A stretch of 64,000 nt of DNA, taken from positions 7,933,962 to 7,997,961 of the forward strand of contig CAVNZM010000007.1 in the NCBI GenBank assembly GCA_963693365.1, given 5' to 3'. This document shows, one piece after another, positions 40,893-56,455 of this stretch. The DNA comes from Amoebidium appalachense (taxonomy: Eukaryota > Protista > Ichthyosporea). The notes beneath the pieces are model-generated. The model was not told the origin of the DNA. It did no database searches and worked only from the letters and a program-made list of their open reading frames with translations. Position 1 is the first letter of the stretch. Every line of letters starts with the position of its first letter. Position numbers and translations under genes: made by a program.

Positions 40893-43389
40893 AACACACA
40901 CACACGCACACACACGCACACACATGCACACGGAATATGCAAAGACGAATGTAGGGACTGGGTACAAACATATGCACCGGCATAATATGTGACTCAATGG
41001 CATCCCTGGCCCCTTGACAGGCAGACCATCCGTTTGCTCACACAGTCACAAACAGCCCCCTCCCTCTTCCCCTCCCCCCCCTCCCTCCCCCCCCCCCCCC
41101 CCCCCCCCCACACACACACATCGCGGGCGCGCGACGTGCACACACACACGTCTCACACACACACACACATACACACACACAAACGGTGACACACACACAC
41201 ACACACACACCCACTCACACGTGTGCTCCCCCCCCCCCCCCCCCCCCCCCCCCCACCCACCACCCCCACCTCAGACCGTCCGCATGCATGCACGCACACA
41301 AGCACACCGCAATTACACACTCACCCTATAAGTCATGTGACATAGGGCCTGTTACCACAATACACACATACATCAGCGTGACACCATTGTTACAACCATG
41401 TCCACAAGCACACAGGCACACAGACATCTCCGTACAACGCTCACACAACTGTTTCATAGTCGAGACATACACAGGCTATGTAACGCTAGGACCTAGACAA
41501 ACATACACGCACACACTCACTCACACACACAAACCGTGGCTAACAACATCCAGGCACTCACCCCCAAATACTGTAATCCGCATACACAAACACACATACC
41601 CGGCCATCCATCTGCTCGCGCGTGCGCACAAGTGCGAGCGCACATCAGACACACACACACCTGCGCGCGCACGCACTTGTACAAACACACACACAAACAC
41701 ATGTGCGCATGGGCACGCGCGCGCGTGCACATACACACACACATACACACATACACACACACACACAAACACACACACAGACACACACACACAAACATCC
41801 GCGTGCGCACACACACACAGAGACACACACATAATGTAGTATGCACATGATTTGAAACGTGCATGACACCGTGTGTGGCGTCTTCCCAACACATGTGCTG
41901 GAGACGCTCGCATTCATCTCTATGGTAGTTTTCTGAGTCGTCACGTGTGTGGGTACATAAGGCCATATAAACGGTCCTGTGATTTCCGTTTTGCAGCATG
42001 TAATATTGATCCATTTCTTTTTTTGTTAACGATACACCAATCAAACGGTCCTTTCTTACACTGTGGTACCTCCAATTTAAAAGTTTACAATCTTACGCCC
42101 ATCTTCACATTCCCGTCGGCTCTTTACATCGCTGCTTCTTCTAGTCCCCCTCAGTGTAGCTATTGGCATTGTTTAAGCTTAAGACCTTCTTTCTGATCCC
42201 CCTGCCCACTTCCCTCCCCACCACACATACACACCCACACACGCACACACCCCCTCTCTCTCTGTGTGTGTATGTGTGTGTATGTGTGTGTGTCTGTGTC
42301 TGTGTGTGAGTGTGTATCACTCCCTTCCCTCCTCCCCCCCCTCTCCCCAACCTCGATATCTATCCCTCTTTCTCTCTATCTGAGTCACTCTTTCTCTCTC
42401 CCTCTCTGAGTCTCTCTCTCTCTCTCTCTGACTCTCCTAAGTCACTTTCTAGGAGTCCCTTGCCTCCCCTTTCTCTCCCCCCCACTCTCTCCCGCTCCCC
42501 TCCTATCTCTCTCTCTATCCCCCTATTCCGCTCTCTTGCTCTTCCCCCCCCCCCTCCCCCCCCCCTCTATATGTATGTGTGTGTGTGTGTATATGTTCAT
42601 ATATATATATATCCCCTCTTCTCCCCTATCTTTCCCTCTCTGTTCTCTCTCTCCCGCCCGGCCCTCCCCCTTGCAACGTATCTCACCTCCCGTCCTCCCC
42701 GCCACATAATGATTACCACTTTGAACCATACGACATTCCATTTGCCTCTGTTATTCCATTTGCCTCTGTTATTTCTCCCCCCCCCCCCCCCCTCCCCCGC
42801 CCTCCCCCCCACACACACCCCCTGGACGATTCCTGTGACAGAGGAGGGGAAGGGAGGCTGTTATACTATCATTGTGAGCCACCCTTCTTGCCCCCCTCCC
42901 CCCCCCCCTTCCCCTCCCCCCCTCCCCCCCCCCCCCCTCTCCGCCCTCCCAACACAAAACTACACCCACACCCACGCACGGATACACACAAGGTCCGTCG
43001 TTCTCCCCCCTTCCCTTTCTTTTCTCCCCCTTGCAAAAGAAGGAAGAATAACTCGATAACGATAAACACATGAACAAACGCATATAACTACTAAAACCCT
43101 TTTTAATTTCATTTATTATCCATCCCTCTTCCGCCATATCCAAACCCCTTCCCCCTCCCCTCCCCCCCCCCCCAAACAGGGCCCCAGAACTTGAAAAAAA
43201 CAAAAAGCCACTACCGCCATACCGCCATGCCCCGCCGCCGTGTGCGCGCACACACACATGCACGCTCGCGCATGGGCGCACACACGCCACCGCCCCCGCC
43301 ATCACCACATAGGAACCAAAAAAGAGGGGACGGAGGGGGAGGAGGAGGAGCTTAAAAAAATCTAAACAAAGATGGAACTCCCAAAAGCT

Positions 43390-46760
<3,371 letters not shown>

Positions 46761-46945
46761 GTACATAGTATTCTTTCCATTGATAAAGGCAGAGGCCTGA
46801 GAGTCTAACTTTGTTGCTGCTCTGGACCTATGTTAAGAGTCTTTGTCTCTCCCCCCCGCCCCACCCCTCTCAAACACACACAAACACACACACACACACA
46901 CGTGCGCGCGCACAGTCGCGCGCACCCACACACACACACAAACAA

Positions 46946-47166
<221 letters not shown>

Positions 47167-47167
47167 C

Positions 47168-47231
<64 letters not shown>

Positions 47232-47956
47232 TTTCTGTCATCAATATACACTCCGTCTGGATTACCACTTGCTAGTGTGAACAGACAAAAGAAGCCTTGA
47301 GAGAGAAAGAAAGACACCCGAAAGACTGAGAGAAATAATTAAACTAAAAACACTATAGAGGAAACGATGTATCACGAGTTTGTTTCAGAGAACATATCCA
47401 CGATTGCACACAGGTGTACACTAGTGTGCATTTTCTAGACGATCATCATACCTTAAAAATGTGTCTTCGACTGTTTTCATAATGGGCAACTCCAGAGAGC
47501 CAAGGAGTCAATCTTACCACCCACCTAAACCCAGCCTCCCCCACTCGGAGAAGCGTGAATCTTCACAAGAATCGACAACAAAAGGCAAACGTGAAACACA
47601 AACTAAGAACTCCGTTTTCACGGATAGTTCTGTCAGTCTGTCGGCGTTTTTGCACCTGTATGCTGGGTCACAGACCCATGGGAAAAATTCACATGAAACG
47701 AATGGAATTTGGAGCAATATCACCATGTAGGCTAGTGTTCTCTTCCGATTGGCTCCGACAGCACTCTCGATTCAGCACTTTTGAGATGGAGAAGGACTCG
47801 GCTGATGGCGTGCTGACAACAGCCGAGCGTGCGTGGCTTGCACTGTCGTACTGTTGTGTCACTGTCAAATAGACTTTCTCTGATGCTCCCACTCACTGTA
47901 AAATAACAAACGGTTTGGGGTTATGCCCCCGCCATCCTAGTGGCGTAGAACACTGA

Positions 47957-48036
47957 GAGGGGTCACCCGCAAGTTGTAAATATATGCAAATATATGCAAA
48001 TATATGCAAATATATGCAACTTGCGGGTGACCCCTC
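47957..48036. mobile_element. 80-bp miniature inverted-repeat element with 3-bp TGA TSD
   Basis: Perfect 20-bp TIR GAGGGGTCACCCGCAAGTTG ... CAACTTGCGGGTGACCCCTC. TGA flanks both sides (47954-56, 48037-39). Interior is 4 x AAATATATGC. Confidence 0.75.
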
Positions 48037-48403
48037 TGAGTCTCCCTCAGTCTGACGATGGCGACATTGACCATTCCCCCCTTCTCCCCCCCCCTCCCCA
48101 CCTCCCCCCCGCGCCCCCCCATCCCCCCCCCTCCCCCCCCCCCCCCCCCCTCTCTCTCTCCCCCTTTCCCCCCCAAAGGTCACGTGAGACTGAGTTATTG
48201 GGTGCCGGATCGGCCACTTGCGTGTGTGTGTGCGTGTGCGGCACACACACACAAAAACAAAACAAACCCGTGGTACCCACGTGTACCCGCAATTATACAC
48301 CATAACACAAATACACAAATAGCTCCTTCCCACCCGCCGATGCACACAGCCACCCACACGTGCGCACACACACACACACACACACACGCACAGAGAGAGA
48401 GCG

Positions 48404-48442
<39 letters not shown>

Positions 48443-48463
48443 GAGAGACAGAGAGAGAGAGAG

Positions 48464-48521
<58 letters not shown>

Positions 48522-49138
48522 ACTCACACTCACACTCACACACACACACACACACCTTTGTAAACAGTTGGACTAGTTAGGATAAGGCAGAGTACAACTG
48601 AATCAAAATAAAGACAGAGAACGGGTAGAAAGGCACACGCGGCCAGGTTGCTTTTACTATGGGCCGACTCAGTCTGTCTCAGACTTCACTGATGTGATCC
48701 CCGTACTGGGACGGCTTTCTTATATAGCCCCCAGGTTTCGGATCAAGGCCCAGGATTGGTTCATACGCGGCCAGCGCGGGTGGCAACATGCCATTCGTGA
48801 TTCTGGTGCGGTCCGAGCCAGTCAGACCTTTGTCCTATTTATGCAAACCTCTTATTGGTTCACTTCGTTTATGTGGTATGCAGCTGAAGAACCATATATG
48901 GTTCAATTCTTAGGTCAGAGTGAGTCCTATTGGTGCGGACATAATATTTATGTGATATTCATGACAAAGCACGAATCGTGTGCTAGTAGATCACATTCTT
49001 TAGTAAACATGTACAGTTCATGTGTACAGTTGTTTACAACCTTTGCACACACTCACACATGCGCAGTCGCACAGACACACATGCGCGGTGGGGACACACA
49101 ATGTACACACATACAGACCATGACTTACCTTTTCATAC

Positions 49139-49176
<38 letters not shown>

Positions 49177-49306
49177 ACCAAAAAAAAATGCCCCGTGCCG
49201 TCCATGTCCACCCACTCACCTCCCCCCCGTCCCCCCCTCCCCATCCCCCCACACCCCACCCCACCCCCCAACACACACAAACGCACATGTCACACACACA
49301 CGTACA

Positions 49307-50071
49307 TGTTGGAGTACACTGGTACTCCCGGCTAGCAATGTCTGTTAGAGAAAGTTTCTGAGCAATTGAATAACTGTTTCAACACTCACTCGAGTGCATA
49401 GAGCTTTTGTTTACGGTCATATTCATATATGGTAGTTATATGTTTGAGCCAAAACTGTACCAATGACGAGCTTCACTAGCAACGTGCTAATTGTGCTCAT
49501 TAATTAATATTCCCGGTTCAGATGATGTCATGTCTATATTTGCCACAGGATTCTATTCTTAGAGTGGTAGTGTGCTTTATTCCCGGATATTCTCAGAATA
49601 TTTTTAGTTGTGTGAAGCAAGATTTACGTTTAACTGCAATTGGTGTGTTAAACACGTTTATTTGTGTGCTTTAGTGCAAGTTAACTAGCCACTCAACGTG
49701 CACAGTTAACTTTTATATCTTTAACGACTTGTTTTCATTGTGCTCTCTTTTCGGCCATGCTGTACATGGCCCACCACCAGGGTGCACACGAGGCCACCAT
49801 GAGGTGGCCAACGACTATATAAAGCAGTGCCTCCCATGTCACAAACATGGGAAGCAGAACGTTTGATTTACACTTTTCTACTGTCGTTTCCAGTGCACAA
49901 AACACATAGACTAGTTACCCATCATACACGACACTATGTCTGACAACTTACAGTTGCAGCAACTAGTCCAACTACTGGAGCAGAGGTTGGCCTCACAAGA
50001 TGCAATCATTTCTGACTTACAGAAGGAACAACGTGCACTAGAACTAGCTTCTATGAACACAATGTCCAACA
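49307..50071 (+). repeat. 5' LTR (765 bp)
   Basis: TG...CA ends with 7-bp terminal inverted repeat; TATATAAA at 49816-49823; direct repeat of 54419-55183. Confidence 0.96.
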
Positions 50072-53000
50072 GGGTTATGGGCCCCTCACGTAATGATTCC
50101 ATCAAGTTCAAGGTCGACATCCCTCTCTTCACTGGCATTGATAATGATTCAGGCACGGACTACCACACATGGGCCGAAACCATGTATGTCCAGCTTTCTG
50201 GTGCTGGTCTTCTCCACACCATCGCGCCCAGTACGGAGCACCCGGCTACCCGTGAACAGGTCGACACTGCCCGTTCCTACCTGTGGCAAGCACTCTCGAT
50301 TGACGTGCGTTGTATCCTAGGGTTAACACGCACCACCACACCTGCGGAGATATGGTCGGCCCTATCTGCCCACTACCTGGAGCAATCTGAGGCCAATCAG
50401 TACGACCTTATCGGGCTGTACATGAATTCTACGCCTGAACCTACGGACACCGCGACGAAATACGCCATGAAACTCCGCGGCTACGTGCGGCGCCTGGCCG
50501 ATTACGGCACACAAATTGGTGATGCTCAAGTGCTGACCAAGCTCACCAACGACCTCGGCAAGGTGCCTTACTACGAAATGCCTGTAATTGCCTACAAGAT
50601 GACACCCAAGCCTACCGTGATGGGCCTCCTCCAACAGCTACGGGCATATGAGACCAGCCACCCACGTGCACGTGTGACTACCAGCTCCGGGCCGGCCGCC
50701 TTCACCACACGGGCTCCTCAACCTGTCATCTGCCACGGCTGCGGCAAACCAGGCCACATCAAGTCTCAGTGCCCCAACGGCAACGGCCAACACAGCAACT
50801 CTGGCAACAACCGTGCCAGCACCTACCCCAAGGGTTCCTGCGTCAACCACCCACTGTCTACCAGTCACACTACCGCCATGTGCAAGGGGGGCAACCGTGC
50901 CAACGGCCGCAAACCTAAGGGTGGTCCCCTCCTGCCTGGGTCCTGCATCAACCACCCTGCCTCTACTACCCACACTACGGCACAGTGCAAGGGGGGGCTG
51001 CCGCTCCCCGGGCTTTCCTCATGTCTAGCAACGACTGTGGCACCAACAAGGTGCTCCTCGACTCTGGAGCCACTGACCATGTGTGCCCCCGGCCCGATGT
51101 GTTCATCAACATGCGTGCGGCGCCTTACTCCACGGTCCAAGTAGCCGACAAGGGTGCATGTGCAGTGCTTGGGGTGGGCGACGTGTTCTTTTCCAGCACC
51201 ATCGACGGCGTTACTGCGGTGCATCAGCTGACGGATGTACTCTACGTGCCCTCCATCCCCGACACTCTCATCAGTGTGTTCACGGCAACTACCAACGGTG
51301 TTTTACCCCGCTTTGACACCCGCGGCGGCGTTAAGTTGTGCTACGGCGATCAAATTCTGGCCACCGGCTCGGCTGTCGGCACCAAGCTGTACCACATGGC
51401 GGTGTCTCTTCTGCGCGCGGACACAACCCCGGACGCCCAAACCACCACTGCTCCGCGTATCCTCAAGGTTACTGCCGACCTCAACACGTGGCACTACCGT
51501 CTGGGCCATGCTGGCATTGACGCTGTACGCTCGGTCATCAAGTCTGCAGGCCTGTTGGTGGGTGGCGGTGCCAAGTCTCCGGGTGTGTGTGAGCCCTGTG
51601 CCCTCGGCAAAGCCCACCGTGTTGCCTTCTCCGAATCAACTAGCCAAGCTCCCCGGGTCCTAGCCAAGGTTCACAGCGACATCAGCGGCCCCTTCCCTCC
51701 CGCGATCGGTGGTGCTCAGTACTTGGCGACGTTCCACGACGAATTCACCGGCCACACCACGGCCGTGCCCCTCGTCAAGAAGTCGGACACACTGGCTGCA
51801 TATGTGACGTACCACAAGGCGGCGGTTACCCAACACGGTGTTCCCATGCAGGTGTTTCAGTCCGACGGGGGGGCGAGTACATGGGCACGGCCTTCGGGGA
51901 CTACAACCGTGAGCATGGCATTCGCCATCAGATCACTACCACCGGCTCTCCTCAACAGAATGGGACTGCCGAACGACTGAACCGGACCCTCCTCGACATG
52001 GTTCGGGCACTCCTGCAGCAGTCCGGCCTTCCGGTGGGATTCTGGGCCGAGGCAGCTGTGACCGCGGCTTTTATACGCAACATGCTCCCGTCGCGAGCCA
52101 CCGGCAGCCAATCGTCTCCCGCTCTGCTGTGGACCGGCATTCCTCCCGACTACAGCCGGCTCCGTGTCTGGGGCTCTCCCTGCTACGTCCATCAACAGGA
52201 TACACCGAAACTGGCGCCTCGTGCCGTCAAGGGCGTCTTCGTGGGCTACCCTCCTAACATCAAGGGCTACAAGGTCTGGATTCCAGCAGCACACAAGATG
52301 ACCGTCAGCCGTGACGTGCAGTTCGACGAGGCTGCTATTCTGCACCCCCTCCGTGATGTCCCATCTGATTGGTCGACCGCACCGGCAATTCATCATTTTT
52401 TGGAGTCATCTGATTCGTCAAATCAGCCAGCCAATCACATCGTCCGGAATGATCAGCAATCTGATTCGTCTCGTCTGTCAGCCAATGGGACAGCGCCGAG
52501 TGATCAATTGGACATTCCGATCCTGCCCGAGCCTGCACATCGGCTCCCCCGGACGACCCGTAGTGGCGCTGTGTACAACGACCAACGTCGAGGCCCGACT
52601 GCCAACGTGGCTGCTGCTACGGCCCCCCTTGCCCCCCAGGCTACGGCTCCTGCATCAACACCCATCAAGGCTTCCACCATTGTTGTCCCCAAGACTGTCC
52701 GGGCTGCACTCAAGAGTCCCCAGCGTCTGAAATGGGAGGAGGCTGCACACCGTGAGCTCAAGGCCCTGGAAGACAACGGCACCTTCACCCTTGTGCCCCG
52801 TCCAGAGGATGGCTCCACTGTCATTCCGGTCGGCTGGGTCTTTACGGTCAAGCAGGACAACGTCGGCAACGTCACTGCTTTCAAGGCCCGGCTTGTGGCC
52901 CGGGGCAACTACCAGCAGCCTGGCCAGGACTATTTCGTCACCGAGTCACCTGTGGCTGCGCTGGCTACCATCCGGCTGGTTTTGGCTACCTCCGTGGCCC

Positions 53001-54232
53001 AAGGTCTGCCTCTGCGCCACATCGACGTCAACACAGCATTCCTCAACGGCACCGTCAACGAGACCATCTACATTGAGCAGCCCCCTGGCTTCGTCAACCC
53101 CTCGGCCCCCCATGCTGTCGGCTTGCTCCACAAGGCGCTCTACGGCCTAAAACAGGCACCGCGCCAGTGGTATGAGGCCCTCCGTGACCATCTCCTCGAC
53201 CAAGGCTTCATTGTGAGTGCTGCTGACCCGTGCCTGTTCATCAAGAATGCCGGGACCCCAACATTTATTGCCCTTGCTGCCTACGTGGATGACTTCACCG
53301 TGACGGCCGCCACTGATGCGCTCATCGACGATTTTTTCACCAAGCTGGATGCTCGTTTCTCTGCCAAGGACCTGGGTCGTCCTACCCTGCTCATCGGGCA
53401 CACTCTTACCTGGCTGGAGGACGGGTCTCTGCGTCTGGGCCATCGTCAACACATCATCGACTTGGCTGCCCGTTTTCGTCTCACCCACATGTCCGGCACC
53501 AAGACCCCCATCGTCCCGGGCCAGGCCAGTGAAAGCAACAAGACCCCAGCCTACAGCAAGAAGGAGGACTATGCCAGCCTGGTCGGTGCCCTGCTGTGGA
53601 TTGCGCGTACCACCCGCCCCGACATTTCCCAGGCTCTGGGAGTCCTTACTCGACACATTCATGCGCCCACCGTCACCCACTGGACTATGGCTACCAGAGT
53701 TGTAAGCTACCTGCTGGCCACCATCGACCTGGGTATTGTCTACCGTCCCGGCCCCCCCAACCTTGTTGGCTACTCCGACTCCGACTACGCCGAGGACCGC
53801 GACACCCGGCGCTCCACCACGGGCTATGTCTTCTTCATAAACTCCTCCCCTGTGTCCTGGGTGTCTCGGCTCCAGTCCATCACCACCCACAGCTCCACTG
53901 AGGCTGAATTTGTGGCCATGTCTGCTGCTACGAACGAGGCCCTATGGCTCAACTATGTGATGGACGACCTGGGCCTTAATCCTATCAATGAGCCCACCCC
54001 GGTGCCCATCCATGGGGACAATGAGTCTGCCCGGGCCCTGCTGGACACCCTGGGGGTTAAGCCCAAGACCAAGCACATCGACGTCCGCTACTGCTCCGTC
54101 AAGGAACATCACCTGCTGGGCAACATCACTGTGGTCCCGGTGGCTTCTGCTGACAACAAGGCCGACATGTTCACCAAGGCCCTGTCTGCCTCTTTCTTCA
54201 CCAAGGCCGTGGGGATGCTCAACATGTGCTGA
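49936..54232 (+). CDS. Copia gag-pol polyprotein, interrupted by two -1 frameshifts at G7 runs (50991-50997, 51867-51873)
   Basis: Gag with CHGCGKPGHIKSQC knuckle; protease LLDSGATDH; integrase WHYRLGH..CEPC, VHSD, SDGG(G)EY, QQNGTAERLNRTL; RT FKARLVARG, LYGLKQAPRQW, YVDD; RNase H GYSDSDYA..TKHIDVRY. Confidence 0.93.
50073..50084 (+). other. Primer-binding site for a tRNAiMet half-molecule (copia/Hemivirus type)
   Basis: GGTTATGGGCCC begins 1 nt after the 5' LTR. It is complementary to the anticodon region of initiator tRNA-Met, as in Drosophila copia, and is not a TGG-type PBS. Confidence 0.85.
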
Positions 54233-54405
54233 GCACCCGTCATCAACCAACTGCGCCCTCATACTTCAGGGGGGGGGAGAGAGTTGCATCCGACTGTGCA
54301 ACTACGTGTACCATACTAAAATTGAGTAGGGGAATCTTTATTGTCTGTATTTTGTGCACCTGAAGCACTCGAGCTCAGTTGCATTAATTCATACCACAAT
54401 TATCC

Positions 54406-54418
54406 AATTGAGTAGGGG
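54406..54418 (+). other. Polypurine tract abutting the 3' LTR
   Basis: AATTGAGTAGGGG lies immediately before the TG of the 3' LTR. Confidence 0.8.
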
Positions 54419-55183
54419 TGTTGGAGTACACTGGTACTCCCGGCTAGCAATGTCTGTTAGAGAAAGTTTCTGAGCAATTGAATAACTGTTTCAACACTCA
54501 CTCGAGTGCATAGAGCTTTTGTTTACGGTCATATTCATATATGGTAGTTATATGTTTGAGCCAAAACTGTACCAATGACGAGCTTCACTAGCAACGTGCT
54601 AATTGTGCTCATTAATTAATATTCCCGGTTCAGATGATGTCATGTCTATATTTGCCACAGGATTCTATTCTTAGAGTGGTAGTGTGCTTTATTCCCGGAT
54701 ATTCTCAGAATATTTTTAGTTGTGTGAAGCAAGATTTACGTTTAACTGCAATTGGTGTGTTAAACACGTTTATTTGTGTGCTTTAGTGCAAGTTAACTAG
54801 CCACTCAACGTGCACAGTTAACTTTTATATCTTTAACGACTTGTTTTCATTGTGCTCTCTTTTCGGCCATGCTGTACATGGCCCACCACCAGGGTGCACA
54901 CGAGGCCACCATGAGGTGGCCAACGACTATATAAAGCAGTGCCTCCCATGTCACAAACATGGGAAGCAGAACGTTTGATTTACACTTTTCTACTGTCGTT
55001 TCCAGTGCACAAAACACATAGACTAGTTACCCATCATACACGACACTATGTCTGACAACTTACAGTTGCAGCAACTAGTCCAACTACTGGAGCAGAGGTT
55101 GGCCTCACAAGATGCAATCATTTCTGACTTACAGAAGGAACAACGTGCACTAGAACTAGCTTCTATGAACACAATGTCCAACA
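54419..55183 (+). repeat. 3' LTR (765 bp)
   Basis: Direct repeat of 49307-50071, followed by TSD GTACA. Confidence 0.96.
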
Positions 55184-55233
55184 GTACATACATATTTTGA
55201 ACATTTAGCACCGACAGGCGTGACACACACAGG

Positions 55234-55317
55234 CATACTAATACGTGCCCTTAAACACAAACCGAAGTCCTCCAACATACTAATACGTGCCTTTAAACAC
55301 AAACCGAAGTCCTCCAA
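55234..55317. repeat. 42-bp tandem duplication
   Basis: CATACTAATACGTGCC(C/T)TTAAACACAAACCGAAGTCCTCCAA x2. Confidence 0.9.
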
Positions 55318-55732
55318 ACCCAAATGTCATTGTAATAGCCACACAAGAAATCCCTTGGCGTTTGAAATGCACATCATTGCGCCGACTAAAGGAGGTATTG
55401 AATTTTGCAGGTCTTTTGACACATTGGTCTGTGGATCAGGAAGATCAGATTAATGGTGTGTGTGTGTGTGCTTGTGTGTAGCATCTGTGTGTACGTTCTT
55501 TCGTGTGTGCGTTCGTGCATGTGTGTGTGTGTCCGTGTGACACTGTGTGCGTGTCACGGTGTGGTGTGTGCGTGTGTGTGTGTGCATGTGTGTGTGTGTG
55601 TGTGTCTGCATTTGTGTGTTGGGGGGGGCGCGCGGGGGAGGGGGGGCTTGTGTGATTGTGTGTTGTGCTTGTGTGTGTAGTTGCGTGCGTGCATGCATTT
55701 GCGTGAGTGTGTGTGTGTGTGTGTGTGTGTGC

Positions 55733-55763
<31 letters not shown>

Positions 55764-56062
55764 TGTGTGTGTACACTAGTGTGTGAGTGGTATCGTGCCT
55801 GTCTGTGGGTATGCACATGTGTGCATGTGTGTGTATGAGACCGAAATTTCTTTTGCTCGTACTGTACGCGTGTACATGTGCGTGCACGCGTACGTGTGGT
55901 TCAATGGGTGTGTGGGTGTCTGTGTGCTTGTTTGTACTTTAGCTACGGATGTTTCTGTGCCACAGAATAATATGTTGTGATAATTTTTGTCTGGCACAAA
56001 AAGAACTCCAAGAGTCATGTATCCTGTTGAAGACGTAGGGAAAGGGGCCCCCCGAGGAAGGG

Positions 56063-56101
<39 letters not shown>

Positions 56102-56455
56102 GAGGGGGCGGAGGGGGGGGGGGGGGGTGGGGGAAGGGGGGGAGCAGTGCAAGTAATGGACAAAGCTGAGAGATGAATGCATGCCAACTGAATGCAAATT
56201 GAGTTAGGACTATTACGAGGTTAAATATTGTTACACTACTTTGACAACTAGGCAAGTTCAATTAGACAGTTTATTCTGTAGATGAAGTAGGCACAGCCTA
56301 GTTCCCTTGCAATTTGGACAATCTAGCTAGGATGTCGACGTTTGGGAATTTTCTAATTACATCGCGCAGTGGCTTATTATCAGATTGAATACCTCAGAAA
56401 TAATAAGACTAGTAGCCAATATGCTGAAGGTACGTTGTTAAATATTTGAAATTGC

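Larger units (their letters stand above)
49307..55183 (+). mobile_element. Full-length Ty1/copia LTR retrotransposon, recent insertion
   Basis: Two 765-bp LTRs (TGTTGGA...TCCAACA) that appear identical. 5-bp TSD GTACA (49302-49306, 55184-55188). Gag-PR-IN-RT-RH domain order. Confidence 0.97.

Noticed and set aside
50998-51144. C-terminal extension of the 402-aa gag ORF (LPLPGLSS...)
   Set aside because: Out-of-frame read-through after the G7 run; the protease is in the -1 frame.
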